Source: an uncultured virus (IMG/VR IMGVR_UViG_2029527006_000008)
Lineage: Duplodnaviria > Heunggongvirae > Uroviricota > Caudoviricetes
Length of the DNA stretch: 64,000 bases
Direction: 5' to 3' (one strand)
IMG/VR virus record: IMGVR_UViG_2029527006_000008
Location: 62,001 to 126,000 of that record
A program made the translations under genes and the position numbers. Under the pieces are notes generated by a model. It made no database searches and had not been told where the DNA came from. It saw only the letters and a program-made list of their open reading frames with translations. How positions within the stretch are numbered: position 1 is the first letter of the stretch; each line of letters begins with the position of its first letter. Positions 8,566-17,324 of this stretch are shown here, piece after piece.

Positions 8566-10571
8566 TTAAGATCGGTTTACGTGAATTTGCTAATTTACCG
8601 GAAACCACTGTGTTGCGATGGCTCGGGTTCTATCGTCTGGTTGAAGTCACTGACGATGCAGGCGAAACCCTGATTACCGATACGCAATCCCTGTTAGTAA
8701 CCTGGCAGGGGATGATTGTTCACCGCAACTATAACTCATTCCCGTACAGCAACAAGGAAGTTGCGCGCATCTATATTCGGGATCAGGAATTGGAGGTGTG
8801 TGAAGACAAACTGTTAGCACGACCGCTGAACCAGTTCCTGCCGATTGTGATGCGGGACATGAAAGACCCGGTGGAAGCAGACGGTATCAAAATGATGATT
8901 CACGTCTGGCAAGCCAAACTGAATAACCTCTTAACGGCGATGACTGAACGGTTTGCTATTTCCGTGACGTCAGATGACCTGATTGAGGTAATGGAAGATC
9001 CAGGCATCGTTGATATCAAAACGCGTGTGCTCAACGGCACGATTACCATCGACGAAGGTGAAGCAGAGTTCATCACCTACATGGCGACGTCACCGACGTT
9101 AAGCAATGCCATGTTGCCACTTCTGTGTCGTACTGGCGGTACTAGCTACAACCAGGCGTATCAGTCTATCGTAGTACGCGGTGCGGTGTTCGACCTGGAC
9201 AACAGCATCTTCCCGAACCCTATCATGGATTCGTATGCGGAAGGTGTCGTTAACCTGGCGGACTCACTGGCTGAGAAGAACGGTGCTGGTAAAGCACTGA
9301 TCACCTCAGGCAAGGCACTGCAAGGCGCTGAGTGGTTCCACCGTAAGAACCAGCTGCATGCAGCGGTAGTACGCGGTGTGGATCACTTCACAGACTGTAA
9401 TACAGATCTTCCGGTTCCGCTTAAGATCAAATCCAAAGAGTTCCTGCACGCCTGCTTTGGCAAGTATGCTGTTCAGGAAGATGGCTCTCTGGAACTGATC
9501 GATGCAGCTTACGCGAAAACAGTGGAAGTGGGTGACACCATTCATATCCGCTCAATCCCGTACTGTACAACAAAAGATGCAGCCATGCCGTGCGGTTGTT
9601 GTGTGGGTCAGATGAAACATGCTTATCCGTACAACACCATGATGGGGATGGATTGTAATATTGGTATTTACTCTGCGACCGCGGTGTGTCGCCCAATCGG
9701 CCAGGGAATGCTGAGTATCAAGCACTTCCTGCGCAATACGGTTGCCACGCCGTTTGTTGTCCGTAGTCAGGACAAAGACGCCATCAGAACTAACGGTGAT
9801 GATATTTTCTTACTGAAAGATCTCTGTATGGAAGGAACAAAACTAATTGTGAGTTCCGCGGTTACCAAAGAGCTGACTGACATCCGTTCGCTGGATAATC
9901 TTGATGATGTTACAGTAGACAAGCTGTCCTATTTTGATGAAGCCAGCCTCTCCTATTTAGAAGAGGACATCATGATTGGCGGCAAGACACTGTATCAGCG
10001 TTCGGTGAAAACCTCGATACCAAGTCGTAGTGCTCGCATGTCAAAAGACCTGTTAGAGTTCATCTTCGACAATGGTTGGGAAGTGATTGACAAGAAGTTC
10101 ATCGCTATTGATTTGAGTACCTGGCATCACGAGCAGCCGCTGTTTACGCTGCCGTATACTCAGGAAGATATGGACATCTACCGTCGTGAAGTGGAAAGCT
10201 TTATGGCGCACTCTAAACGTAATAATCAGTGGAAAGAACAGGAAGTCACCCCGGCGCGGTTTGGTGAAGTGTTGGTGGAAATGTGGGAGATGTTGAACCA
10301 CAAATTCAAAGGCATCAACATTCTGCACTGCGAAGTGCTGTTGTACGCTGTAATGGGTAAGAATCCCAAAAACGGATACTATGGGCTGGTAAATGGGCAC
10401 GCTCCACGTTATTTCGTGAGCTTCCAGAACGCCATTTGGAACCGAGGCTTCGGCACACTGATGATCTACGATCACCAGCAAAACGTGTTGAACAACTTCA
10501 GTTCATTCTTAGTCAAAGAGCGTCAACCATCACCTTTCGAGGCTTATTGGCATTATGGTCGTAGAGAATAA
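8562..10571 (+). CDS. Non-virion RNA polymerase beta' subunit, C-terminal part (phiKZ gp74-like)
   Basis: IRSIPYC...CGCC zinc site. NIGIYSATAVCRPIGQGMLSIKH corresponds to the RpoC trigger-loop motif [27 protein letters not shown] (HIEVIV). ATGA overlap with the upstream gene. Confidence 0.9.
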   Translation: MIKIGLREFANLPETTVLRWLGFYRLVEVTDDAGETLITDTQSLLVTWQGMIVHRNYNSFPYSNKEVARIYIRDQELEVCEDKLLARPLNQFLPIVMRDMKDPVEADGIKMMIHVWQAKLNNLLTAMTERFAISVTSDDLIEVMEDPGIVDIKTRVLNGTITIDEGEAEFITYMATSPTLSNAMLPLLCRTGGTSYNQAYQSIVVRGAVFDLDNSIFPNPIMDSYAEGVVNLADSLAEKNGAGKALITSGKALQGAEWFHRKNQLHAAVVRGVDHFTDCNTDLPVPLKIKSKEFLHACFGKYAVQEDGSLELIDAAYAKTVEVGDTIHIRSIPYCTTKDAAMPCGCCVGQMKHAYPYNTMMGMDCNIGIYSATAVCRPIGQGMLSIKHFLRNTVATPFVVRSQDKDAIRTNGDDIFLLKDLCMEGTKLIVSSAVTKELTDIRSLDNLDDVTVDKLSYFDEASLSYLEEDIMIGGKTLYQRSVKTSIPSRSARMSKDLLEFIFDNGWEVIDKKFIAIDLSTWHHEQPLFTLPYTQEDMDIYRREVESFMAHSKRNNQWKEQEVTPARFGEVLVEMWEMLNHKFKGINILHCEVLLYAVMGKNPKNGYYGLVNGHAPRYFVSFQNAIWNRGFGTLMIYDHQQNVLNNFSSFLVKERQPSPFEAYWHYGRRE

Positions 10572-10586
10572 ACCGTAGGAGCAGTC

Positions 10587-12131
10587 ATGCGACATACGTG
10601 TGTTATATCCGTGGCCAACAACTACCTCAGGGTGTACGATTACGCTGAGGAATTTGTCGATCGAGTATTAAAGCCGTTTTGTCGCATGTACTTGTCTAAA
10701 ACGGGGATGGTGCCAGCAAAGCATAATCCCCGTCTTCAGGTCATGGCGGTTACACATCGCTTCATGCGGTTCAACCACGACCAGTCGGAAATTCGATTCA
10801 CAAGTAGTTTGTTGGAAGAACTTAAAACTTTTATTGGTAGTCGAGGTTACGCACCCAAACGAATTCTTCAGGTCGTAGAACCTGAAATTATTCCTATGCC
10901 CGCGACTATTAATTTCAAACCGGGAATAGGGACTCCGAAGGATGACCAGCTGGATTGGCTGAAGTACATCATGGAACCGGGTCCGCTTAAATTAAACAAC
11001 GCCGCGACAGGGGTAGGGAAAACCTTTATGTCCATCTGGACTGCAGTTCAACTGCAGCAACGCGTTGTGATTATCGCTAACGCCCGATTCTTGCCAGTGT
11101 GGAAGGTTGAGTGTGGTAACCTGTTAGACATAGCACCGGAAGATTATGTTGAAACAGATGTGGGTGGTTTGGATAACTTCTTGGCAGCCTTGAAGAAAGG
11201 CGTGGTGAATCCCAAGATCGTGGTGATTAGTTTGACCAAGATCGACATCATGCTCAAGAAGTCCAAAGCTGACCCGTTGGCACCAGACCTCGATGATTTC
11301 TATCGTGAGTATCGTCCTGGCTTACGCGTGTATGACGAAGCCCACGAATCGATTCATCAGCTGTACCTGTCTATGATGTTTGGGAACATTCGCAAAACCA
11401 TTGCTAACACCGCAACGGTCAGAGCAGAAGACCCGATGACCAACAAGATCTATGGTTATCTGTATCCCAAAGAGTGTCGCCTGAAAGAAACGGAGTATTC
11501 AGCGCACATGCACGTCAAGGCACTGTTCTATCGCATTGACACCAGCAAGCACCGTATACGTTCCATGGCGCGTGGCGTGTACAACGACACGGTGTTTGAG
11601 GCTTCGGTAATGGATAACCACAAGCTTCAACCCCAGTATATCGAAATGATGTATAAGTTCTTTGATGACTATTATTATCATCGTCGTCGGCCGGGTACCA
11701 AGTGTCTGTTCTTCTTTACTAAGGTAGAGACGTGCAAGATCATGGTGGCTGCGCTGTTGAAACGTTATCCTGACCTGGATGCGATTTCATTTACAGGGGA
11801 GCAGGGTGGTAAGGCAGAAACCAAAGATGAATATCGCAAGCACGAAGTGGTGTTTTCTACACCGGGTTCGTGCGGTACCGGTAAAGACATTCCAGGGCTG
11901 ATTACCTGTATCAGCTTCCACAACGTGAAGTCACTACAGCGTAACTACCAGATGCGCGGGCGTATTCGTCCGATTAAGCAGACGGAACATCCAGACCTGG
12001 AACGCATCTATGGCTACACCGTGTGCGTGAACGAAAAGAAACACAAAGAGTACCACAAGTACCGGAAAGAGCTCTTTGAGGAATCTTCCTTGAGTTACCA
12101 GAGTGTCGATTCGGGCTTTACCTTAGCGTAG
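10587..12131 (+). CDS. Superfamily 2 (DEAH) helicase, phiKZ gp75-like
   Basis: Walker A ATGVGKT, DEAH, TAT motif III, GTGKDIP, QMRGRIR motif VI. Confidence 0.9.
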   Translation: MRHTCVISVANNYLRVYDYAEEFVDRVLKPFCRMYLSKTGMVPAKHNPRLQVMAVTHRFMRFNHDQSEIRFTSSLLEELKTFIGSRGYAPKRILQVVEPEIIPMPATINFKPGIGTPKDDQLDWLKYIMEPGPLKLNNAATGVGKTFMSIWTAVQLQQRVVIIANARFLPVWKVECGNLLDIAPEDYVETDVGGLDNFLAALKKGVVNPKIVVISLTKIDIMLKKSKADPLAPDLDDFYREYRPGLRVYDEAHESIHQLYLSMMFGNIRKTIANTATVRAEDPMTNKIYGYLYPKECRLKETEYSAHMHVKALFYRIDTSKHRIRSMARGVYNDTVFEASVMDNHKLQPQYIEMMYKFFDDYYYHRRRPGTKCLFFFTKVETCKIMVAALLKRYPDLDAISFTGEQGGKAETKDEYRKHEVVFSTPGSCGTGKDIPGLITCISFHNVKSLQRNYQMRGRIRPIKQTEHPDLERIYGYTVCVNEKKHKEYHKYRKELFEESSLSYQSVDSGFTLA

Positions 12132-12145
12132 TTTATCACTAATCG

Positions 12146-12169
12146 GAGTAAGGGGGAAACCTCTTACTC
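12146..12169 (+). terminator. Hairpin (terminator or 5' stabiliser)
   Basis: GAGTAAGGGG-GAAA-CCTCTTACTC; no strong U-tract. Confidence 0.5.
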
Positions 12170-12184
12170 TCTACGGGAGTATGT

Positions 12185-12859
12185 ATGTCAGAACAATTTT
12201 CGCAACAAGTTATGGACCAGATCAAAACCTTTATCAACGAGCGCGGTTTGAAGACTGGCGTGCCGTCGGACATTGCTCACTACATCGCCGAGCAGGTGCC
12301 GGCTGGCCAGGTCCGTATCCAGGATGAAAGTTGGGGTGAACCTGACAAGTGGATCTACCGCGGCCCGGTAGACGCTGAGAGCGACGACGTGCTCTGCTAT
12401 GGCTGGCGGGTCATGCAGAAGGGCAAAGAGTCTGAGCGCTATGAACGTGACCTGCACGATATGATCGGACCACGTTGGACGGTGGAAATCCTGTCTGCTG
12501 AAGACAACCTCAACTTGCCGAAAACCAAACCGGGTAAAGAAACCAAATCAGAGCGGGAATCTCACGAGGCCCTCGAGCAAACCTTTACTCCGTCTGATGA
12601 CGTTGGTACCAAGATCGTTGACCAAACTTACGGCCAGGTCAACGACGCTATCTTTGCCGCTATGCCGGGTACACTGGCTATTCGCTGTGAAGACTGGAAC
12701 AACGCCAACGCCTGGGTGCTGTTGGAAGAAGTTAAGGTCAAAGAAGAAAGCATGCAGGTATTGACTATTAACTACAGCAACGGTGTGAAAATGCCGTGGC
12801 ATCCGTCTATGCTGGATCTCTCCAGCAAGAACTGGACCAGCAAAAGTCCGTTAGAGTAA
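12185..12859 (+). CDS. Protein with two tandem DUF2829/Tad2-like domains (candidate anti-defence nucleotide sponge)
   Basis: C-terminal domain IRCEDWNNANAWVLL...PWHPSMLDLSSKNW. N-terminal domain RIQDESWGEPDKWIY...YERDLHDMIGPRW. Both fit the recalled R-x-x-W-N-G...W-x-P-S-x-x-D-x4-D-W signature, the N-terminal one more loosely. Confidence 0.6.
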   Translation: MSEQFSQQVMDQIKTFINERGLKTGVPSDIAHYIAEQVPAGQVRIQDESWGEPDKWIYRGPVDAESDDVLCYGWRVMQKGKESERYERDLHDMIGPRWTVEILSAEDNLNLPKTKPGKETKSERESHEALEQTFTPSDDVGTKIVDQTYGQVNDAIFAAMPGTLAIRCEDWNNANAWVLLEEVKVKEESMQVLTINYSNGVKMPWHPSMLDLSSKNWTSKSPLE

Positions 12860-12865
12860 GACGTC

Positions 12866-12892
12866 AGGGGTGTTTTCGGACACCCCTTTCTT
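12866..12892 (+). terminator. Rho-independent terminator
   Basis: AGGGGTGTT-TTCG-GACACCCCT followed by TTCTT. Confidence 0.7.
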
Positions 12893-12899
12893 CATTACT

Positions 12900-12916
12900 T
12901 TTTAATCCTATATTAC
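12900..12916 (+). promoter_or_regulatory. Putative early promoter containing TATATTAC
   Basis: TTTTAATCCTATATTAC contains the exact phiKZ early core TATATTAC with an upstream TTTAA. Confidence 0.7.
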
Positions 12917-12948
12917 CTATGCATAACCTAGTCAATAATGGAGTCACC

Positions 12949-13383
12949 ATGTCTACCCTTAGTCGCTTGTTGAAGAACCGTTATAAAAAGTATTACTTGG
13001 ACCTGGCCGGCATCAATGCCAGCGTTGTTCGTATGATCACCCCCATGATTCCCAATATGGAGAAGAAGGGTGAGTTCAAAGATGGCTGGACGCGAAGCTA
13101 CCCTAACCTGAACCTGGAGATCGACCACAACCCCTGTGGTTATCGTCTGGACCTGCGTAAAACCGGCGAGAAGACCTACAGCTACCGTTTACGCATTACC
13201 TTTAAGAAAGACGCACCTTTCTTCTGGGGAAGTCCACAACGCCGTCAGGACCTCACTACGCTAGTGAATCAAGAGTATAAAGAACACAAGCGTATGTTCG
13301 GCTTTTCACACAAAACCAACATCGTGACGCTGATGCAGCGCTACATCACTTTCGCAATCGAAGGCGAAATAAAACTCGACTGA
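12949..13383 (+). CDS. Hypothetical basic protein (144 aa)
   Basis: GGAG RBS before ATG 12949 (MSTLSRLL), downstream of the early motif. Confidence 0.7.
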   Translation: MSTLSRLLKNRYKKYYLDLAGINASVVRMITPMIPNMEKKGEFKDGWTRSYPNLNLEIDHNPCGYRLDLRKTGEKTYSYRLRITFKKDAPFFWGSPQRRQDLTTLVNQEYKEHKRMFGFSHKTNIVTLMQRYITFAIEGEIKLD

Positions 13384-13410
13384 CAATTCAGTAGTCTATT
13401 AGGAGTACAT

Positions 13411-13815
13411 ATGAAACAGACTATTGATCTGATCAAAATCCCACCTGGCTATACGTCTGACATTCACGAGTTCTGTTCACCAGTACTTGAAGTGGCAATG
13501 TTGCGCGGTGAAAAGGCGGGTACGTTCGATGACGATTTCTTCTATGAAGTATTGGAAACGCATCTGGCGGAAAATGAACAACGCATCATTCTGCATAACG
13601 CGCACCGTTTTCTGGAGCAAAAACTTCATTTCATGGATCGTGAGTTCGAGCCCTTCTACGAAAAGGAGTTTGAAATCGGTTGCAGACACTTCATACGAGA
13701 CTTTCTCCACATCAATCAACTTCATACCGTTAGAGGGTTAAAGAGCGACGTATGGAAGATAAGCATAAAGCCGCTGCCCGGCAATATGTGGCAGTTAACG
13801 ACGGTTGTCGGATAA
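13411..13815 (+). CDS. Hypothetical protein (134 aa)
   Basis: AGGAG RBS; operon context. Confidence 0.7.
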   Translation: MKQTIDLIKIPPGYTSDIHEFCSPVLEVAMLRGEKAGTFDDDFFYEVLETHLAENEQRIILHNAHRFLEQKLHFMDREFEPFYEKEFEIGCRHFIRDFLHINQLHTVRGLKSDVWKISIKPLPGNMWQLTTVVG

Positions 13816-14171
13816 GCCAAACTTTTACCGTCAAATATGGGTTTCCGCCTGAGCTCAACGAAGAGCAGTTGGAAGTGCTAACCACCATGGTGTTGAATCG
13901 TATAGATTCTATAGTGACACACACTTCCTTTAACCGTGACACGTTAGCTCTGGTACACGCTCACATGACTCCCAGTCGCTGGGACGAAGAGAACGGTGGT
14001 ACTGAAAACTTTTACCGCCGCGAAGCCATGATGATCGACGAAATGTTCAGTGACGTCGAGGATGATCGCGCGTATCGTTCTACTTTAGGAGATCTTGCCC
14101 GATGTCAATGCACGACGTTCAGTGTACAACTGATAACCAACAATCTGATATTTCTGGAGCTCCGGTTCTAG
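13752..14171 (+). CDS. Hypothetical protein; true start uncertain (possibly ATA at 13812)
   Basis: The ORF fills the gap between its neighbours; ATG 13752 would overlap the previous gene by 64 nt. Confidence 0.55.
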   Translation: MEDKHKAAARQYVAVNDGCRISQTFTVKYGFPPELNEEQLEVLTTMVLNRIDSIVTHTSFNRDTLALVHAHMTPSRWDEENGGTENFYRREAMMIDEMFSDVEDDRAYRSTLGDLARCQCTTFSVQLITNNLIFLELRF

Positions 14172-14182
14172 GCGAAACCGTA

Positions 14183-14485
14183 ATGAACATGATGTTACAG
14201 ATGTACCATCGTGCCAAGAAAGAGTTTTTCTTCCCTACCAGTCTGAAAACCAAAGAAGTTAAAACGGTTGAAGGCATCGCCGGCGGCGCCAAGATCGTGT
14301 TAACGCTCTGGGCAGGTCGCAGCGCGCGTCACGGCATGGAAGAGATGTGCTGTCGTATTAAAGTCACCCCTGAGATCGCTTGGGATGGCACTAACTTCGA
14401 GAAAGACTTCTTGCTGCATTCGCTGGCGCTGTTCAGTGACATGACTGTGAAGAGCGATCGCGACGGCATTTACTACGTTTGGTAA
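14183..14485 (+). CDS. Hypothetical protein (100 aa)
   Basis: ATG 14183 follows the stop at 14171; phage-like codon usage; a terminator follows. Confidence 0.65.
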   Translation: MNMMLQMYHRAKKEFFFPTSLKTKEVKTVEGIAGGAKIVLTLWAGRSARHGMEEMCCRIKVTPEIAWDGTNFEKDFLLHSLALFSDMTVKSDRDGIYYVW

Positions 14486-14497
14486 AACTCCTCCTCT

Positions 14498-14545
14498 TAT
14501 TACGTCTACCCTAGGGTAGACGTAATAGAGTGCTTTCTTTTTTTT
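14498..14545 (+). terminator. Rho-independent terminator (30-bp perfect palindrome plus T tract)
   Basis: TATTACGTCTACCCTAGGGTAGACGTAATA, then TTTCTTTTTTTT. Confidence 0.85.
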
Positions 14546-14919
14546 GTTTCAAGTATTTGTGATCGGTACACACCTAAGCGATAAGGGTCATTTGTAACCG
14601 TTTCAAAATAAAAAATATTTTTTAACGGTGAAGTAATTTTCTTATAACGACACGCAATTTCAAATTCTAATAACAGCTTGAGCTGAGATAGAAATACAGC
14701 CAAGCAACTCGGGAGATTGACGCATGCACCAAACCTTTCTGTGGGATTATTATAATAATGGGTAGTTGTAACATAGAGTACGACACCCGCTGAGTTTAGC
14801 GTATCTAGAGTTTCGTCTTAAGAAGCTACGCATTTTTCCTACTTAGGTAGTTACACACATCGTTCTTAAATGGAAGTTTCAAAACAGATCTATCCCAATC
14901 ATCTAAGGAATCAACGAAA

Positions 14920-15801
14920 ATGCCTAACAAAGATTATGAAGCCGCTTTGAAAGAGTTCCAATCAACCCATAACCAAGTGAGCGACCTGCTGACACCGGTT
15001 GAATACGCACGCTATCAGATATTGAGTTATCCTGACAACGTATCCATCCTGAACACAGCACTGAAGAAAAAATTAGCACTCGATCCTGAGTATGAAGTAT
15101 GGGTGCCGATCCACTACTATAAGTATCTGGTACTGGACACGGCGAAAGGTGTCTCTACGTTCTACACGAAGTACGCGTTCATTAGTAACAAAGGCAATAT
15201 CCACCACATCCGTAAGAAAACCAAGGCGCCACAGGGCCATACCACTCAGAGCGGACATCAGAGCTCACTGGTACGTTTAATTGATGGCCCGGTTCGCTTC
15301 TCGTTACACCGCGCAGTTGCTTGCAGCTTCATCCCCCTGCCAGAGAAGTTTAAACATGTTGGTCACGGCTACGCACAGGTTAAGCACCTTGATAGCGATA
15401 AAGCCCACAACGACTTCCTGAACCTGACATGGGACTCAAGCGTAGTCGAGCAAGAGAAAGACCTGCCGTCGAATGTTACCCAATCAGCCATTCATCATGA
15501 CCATTATGGCATCCGTCCATTAATGGGTGAAGTCATCATCCCTGGCGAACACTTAGGTGTACGTTTCATCCGCTCTGGCGATCGCGAGATCACAGACCTG
15601 CTGGGGACCTCTGGCCTGGTTGACATCGACGAAGTCCTGCGTAACAAGGTGAAAGAAGTGAACGGCATTCGCTGGACGCCTGCCACCGATTCCGATGTTA
15701 TTGTCTATGGTACTTCTGTCATTCCGACTTCGCTGGTTCGTATCCTCAGATCTTATCGCGATAACGGCAGTAATCGTGCCGCTGGTTCTATTCGTGTTTA
15801 A
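14920..15801 (+). CDS. HNH homing-endonuclease-like protein (NUMOD4/HNH type), probably degenerate
   Basis: FISNKGN, LHRAVACSFIP, VKHLDSDKAHNDFLNLTW; TAAGGA RBS. Confidence 0.7.
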   Translation: MPNKDYEAALKEFQSTHNQVSDLLTPVEYARYQILSYPDNVSILNTALKKKLALDPEYEVWVPIHYYKYLVLDTAKGVSTFYTKYAFISNKGNIHHIRKKTKAPQGHTTQSGHQSSLVRLIDGPVRFSLHRAVACSFIPLPEKFKHVGHGYAQVKHLDSDKAHNDFLNLTWDSSVVEQEKDLPSNVTQSAIHHDHYGIRPLMGEVIIPGEHLGVRFIRSGDREITDLLGTSGLVDIDEVLRNKVKEVNGIRWTPATDSDVIVYGTSVIPTSLVRILRSYRDNGSNRAAGSIRV

Positions 15802-15819
15802 GCACTGATGACAAGTTTC

Positions 15820-15843
15820 TCCCTGCTCCTCCGGGGGCAGGGG
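15820..15843 (+). other. Intergenic GC hairpin between the HNH paralogs
   Basis: CCCTGCTCC-TCCG-GGGGCAGGG; the stem extends with flanking AAGTT/AACTT. Confidence 0.55.
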
Positions 15844-15882
15844 CAACTTATCCTTTGGTTACCCAACCCAGGAGATATGATA

Positions 15883-17271
15883 ATGAATGCGAAACAATAT
15901 AACAGTGAATTCAAGAAATTCATCAAGAACCATAACCAACTTTCAGATTTACTCACAGCCGAAGACTTACAGCGTTATCACCAACTTGACTTCCCCGATA
16001 ACGTGCAGATCGTCCACGACGCGCTGATAGAGAAGCTGAAAGAAGACCCCGACTACGAGGTCTGGGTTCCGGTTCGTTACTTCAAGTACCTGCTGTTGAA
16101 CACGGTGACGGGTGTTAAAGAGTTTTACACCAAGTACGCCTTTATCAGCAACAAGGGCAACCTCTACCATTTGCGCAAAACCCCGCAGCTGGACGTCAAA
16201 GAAAATGATGACGAATATCAGCAGAGCGTAGTGCAGCTCACCGATGGTTCCGTTAACTTCTCGGTGAACCGTGCGGTAGCAACCAGCTTTGTCCCGCTAC
16301 CCAAGGACCTCAAAGCTTACGGTTACTATGCGCTGGAAGTCAAGCACAAAAACGACCGCAAGGGCGACAACGATTTCCGCAACCTCGAATGGTTCGCGGG
16401 CAATCAGAACGACCAGACCGTGGTGGATGTCCCTAATGTGGTTCAAACGGTTAGGGAAGATAAACCTGTGCTGAACGTGACGAGCACCGACGATCGTACC
16501 GGCGAGTTGCTTTCTATTAATAGCAAGCCTTCTTCCGGTGAACACCCTGAGCAGTACCACATTCGTCCGATTATCCTGGAAGTCATGATTCCAGGCGATT
16601 ACTACGGCGTGCGGCTGATTCGTTCTTCGCCGAAGGAACTGGATGATCTGCTCGGTCCTGGTATGGCGTCTGCAGCAGAACACGCGGCTAACCTGAACCT
16701 TACGGTATACGGTTGTCGTTGGAGCTATGCGACCAACGATGAGGTCGCTCAGTATGGTGCATTGCGTGTACCGGCTAAGCTTCGTGCGTTACTGCATGAA
16801 TATGCGGCGGGTCACTGCATGAACATTCTGGGAACCCGTGTGGCTGACGGACACATGATCCTGATTGAAGGGGATCCGTTAGAGACAGAACATCTGGGAT
16901 TAAACTATTCCGATATTCTGAAAGTGTGCGATGGGGAGAAAGAAGCCCACAAGGGTTATACTTTCCGTCGGGTTGACGAAGAAGAGATGCTGCAGCTTCG
17001 TACTGCTATTGACCTTCAAACAACCCAGACGTTCCCGCAGGAGGCGCCTGTAGTGAATTTCATTATGGGAAAGCGGATCTCGGATGGACACCTTATTTTG
17101 TTTTGCACGGATCAAGAGATTGAGTTACTGGGATGGGATCCCAAGCTCGTCAACAAAGCCGCGCGTAAACGAGGTGTTCCCGTGTACGGCTATGAGTTCG
17201 AACGCGTTACCGATGATCTTACCGCGCTGAACTTACGTAACCTGATTGCCACACAGATCACCCAATTCTAA
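15883..17271 (+). CDS. HNH-like paralog with C-terminal NUMOD1-like DNA-binding repeats
   Basis: The N-terminal ~170 aa are clearly homologous to the 14920 gene (DPDYEVWVP, FYTKYAFISNKGN, VKHKNDRKGDNDFRNLEW). Repeats ILKVCDGEKEAHKGYTFRR and VNKAARKRGVPVYGYEFER. AGGAG RBS before ATG 15883. Confidence 0.7.
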   Translation: MNAKQYNSEFKKFIKNHNQLSDLLTAEDLQRYHQLDFPDNVQIVHDALIEKLKEDPDYEVWVPVRYFKYLLLNTVTGVKEFYTKYAFISNKGNLYHLRKTPQLDVKENDDEYQQSVVQLTDGSVNFSVNRAVATSFVPLPKDLKAYGYYALEVKHKNDRKGDNDFRNLEWFAGNQNDQTVVDVPNVVQTVREDKPVLNVTSTDDRTGELLSINSKPSSGEHPEQYHIRPIILEVMIPGDYYGVRLIRSSPKELDDLLGPGMASAAEHAANLNLTVYGCRWSYATNDEVAQYGALRVPAKLRALLHEYAAGHCMNILGTRVADGHMILIEGDPLETEHLGLNYSDILKVCDGEKEAHKGYTFRRVDEEEMLQLRTAIDLQTTQTFPQEAPVVNFIMGKRISDGHLILFCTDQEIELLGWDPKLVNKAARKRGVPVYGYEFERVTDDLTALNLRNLIATQITQF

Positions 17272-17281
17272 TGTGCTGCTA

Positions 17282-17312
17282 ACTACTACTGCCCTTTGCG
17301 GGCAGTAGTAGT
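17282..17312. terminator. Hairpin between convergent genes (repeat family member)
   Basis: ACTACTACTGCCC-TTTGC-GGGCAGTAGTAGT, followed by a T tract. Confidence 0.8.
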
Positions 17313-17324
17313 ATATTTTTTTGT

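Noticed and set aside
14546..14670. TTTCAA recurring at about 55-nt spacing, suggestive of a CRISPR mini-array
   Set aside because: Similarity is limited to 6-7 nt in AT-rich DNA; there is no 25-40-nt repeat and no cas gene.
14717..14756. TTGACG...TATAAT as a sigma70 promoter
   Set aside because: The spacer is 28 nt, far from 16-18.
14486..17324. Group I intron housing the HNH genes
   Set aside because: The flanking genes are complete and convergent, terminators bound the region, and no P7-like core sequences were recognised.
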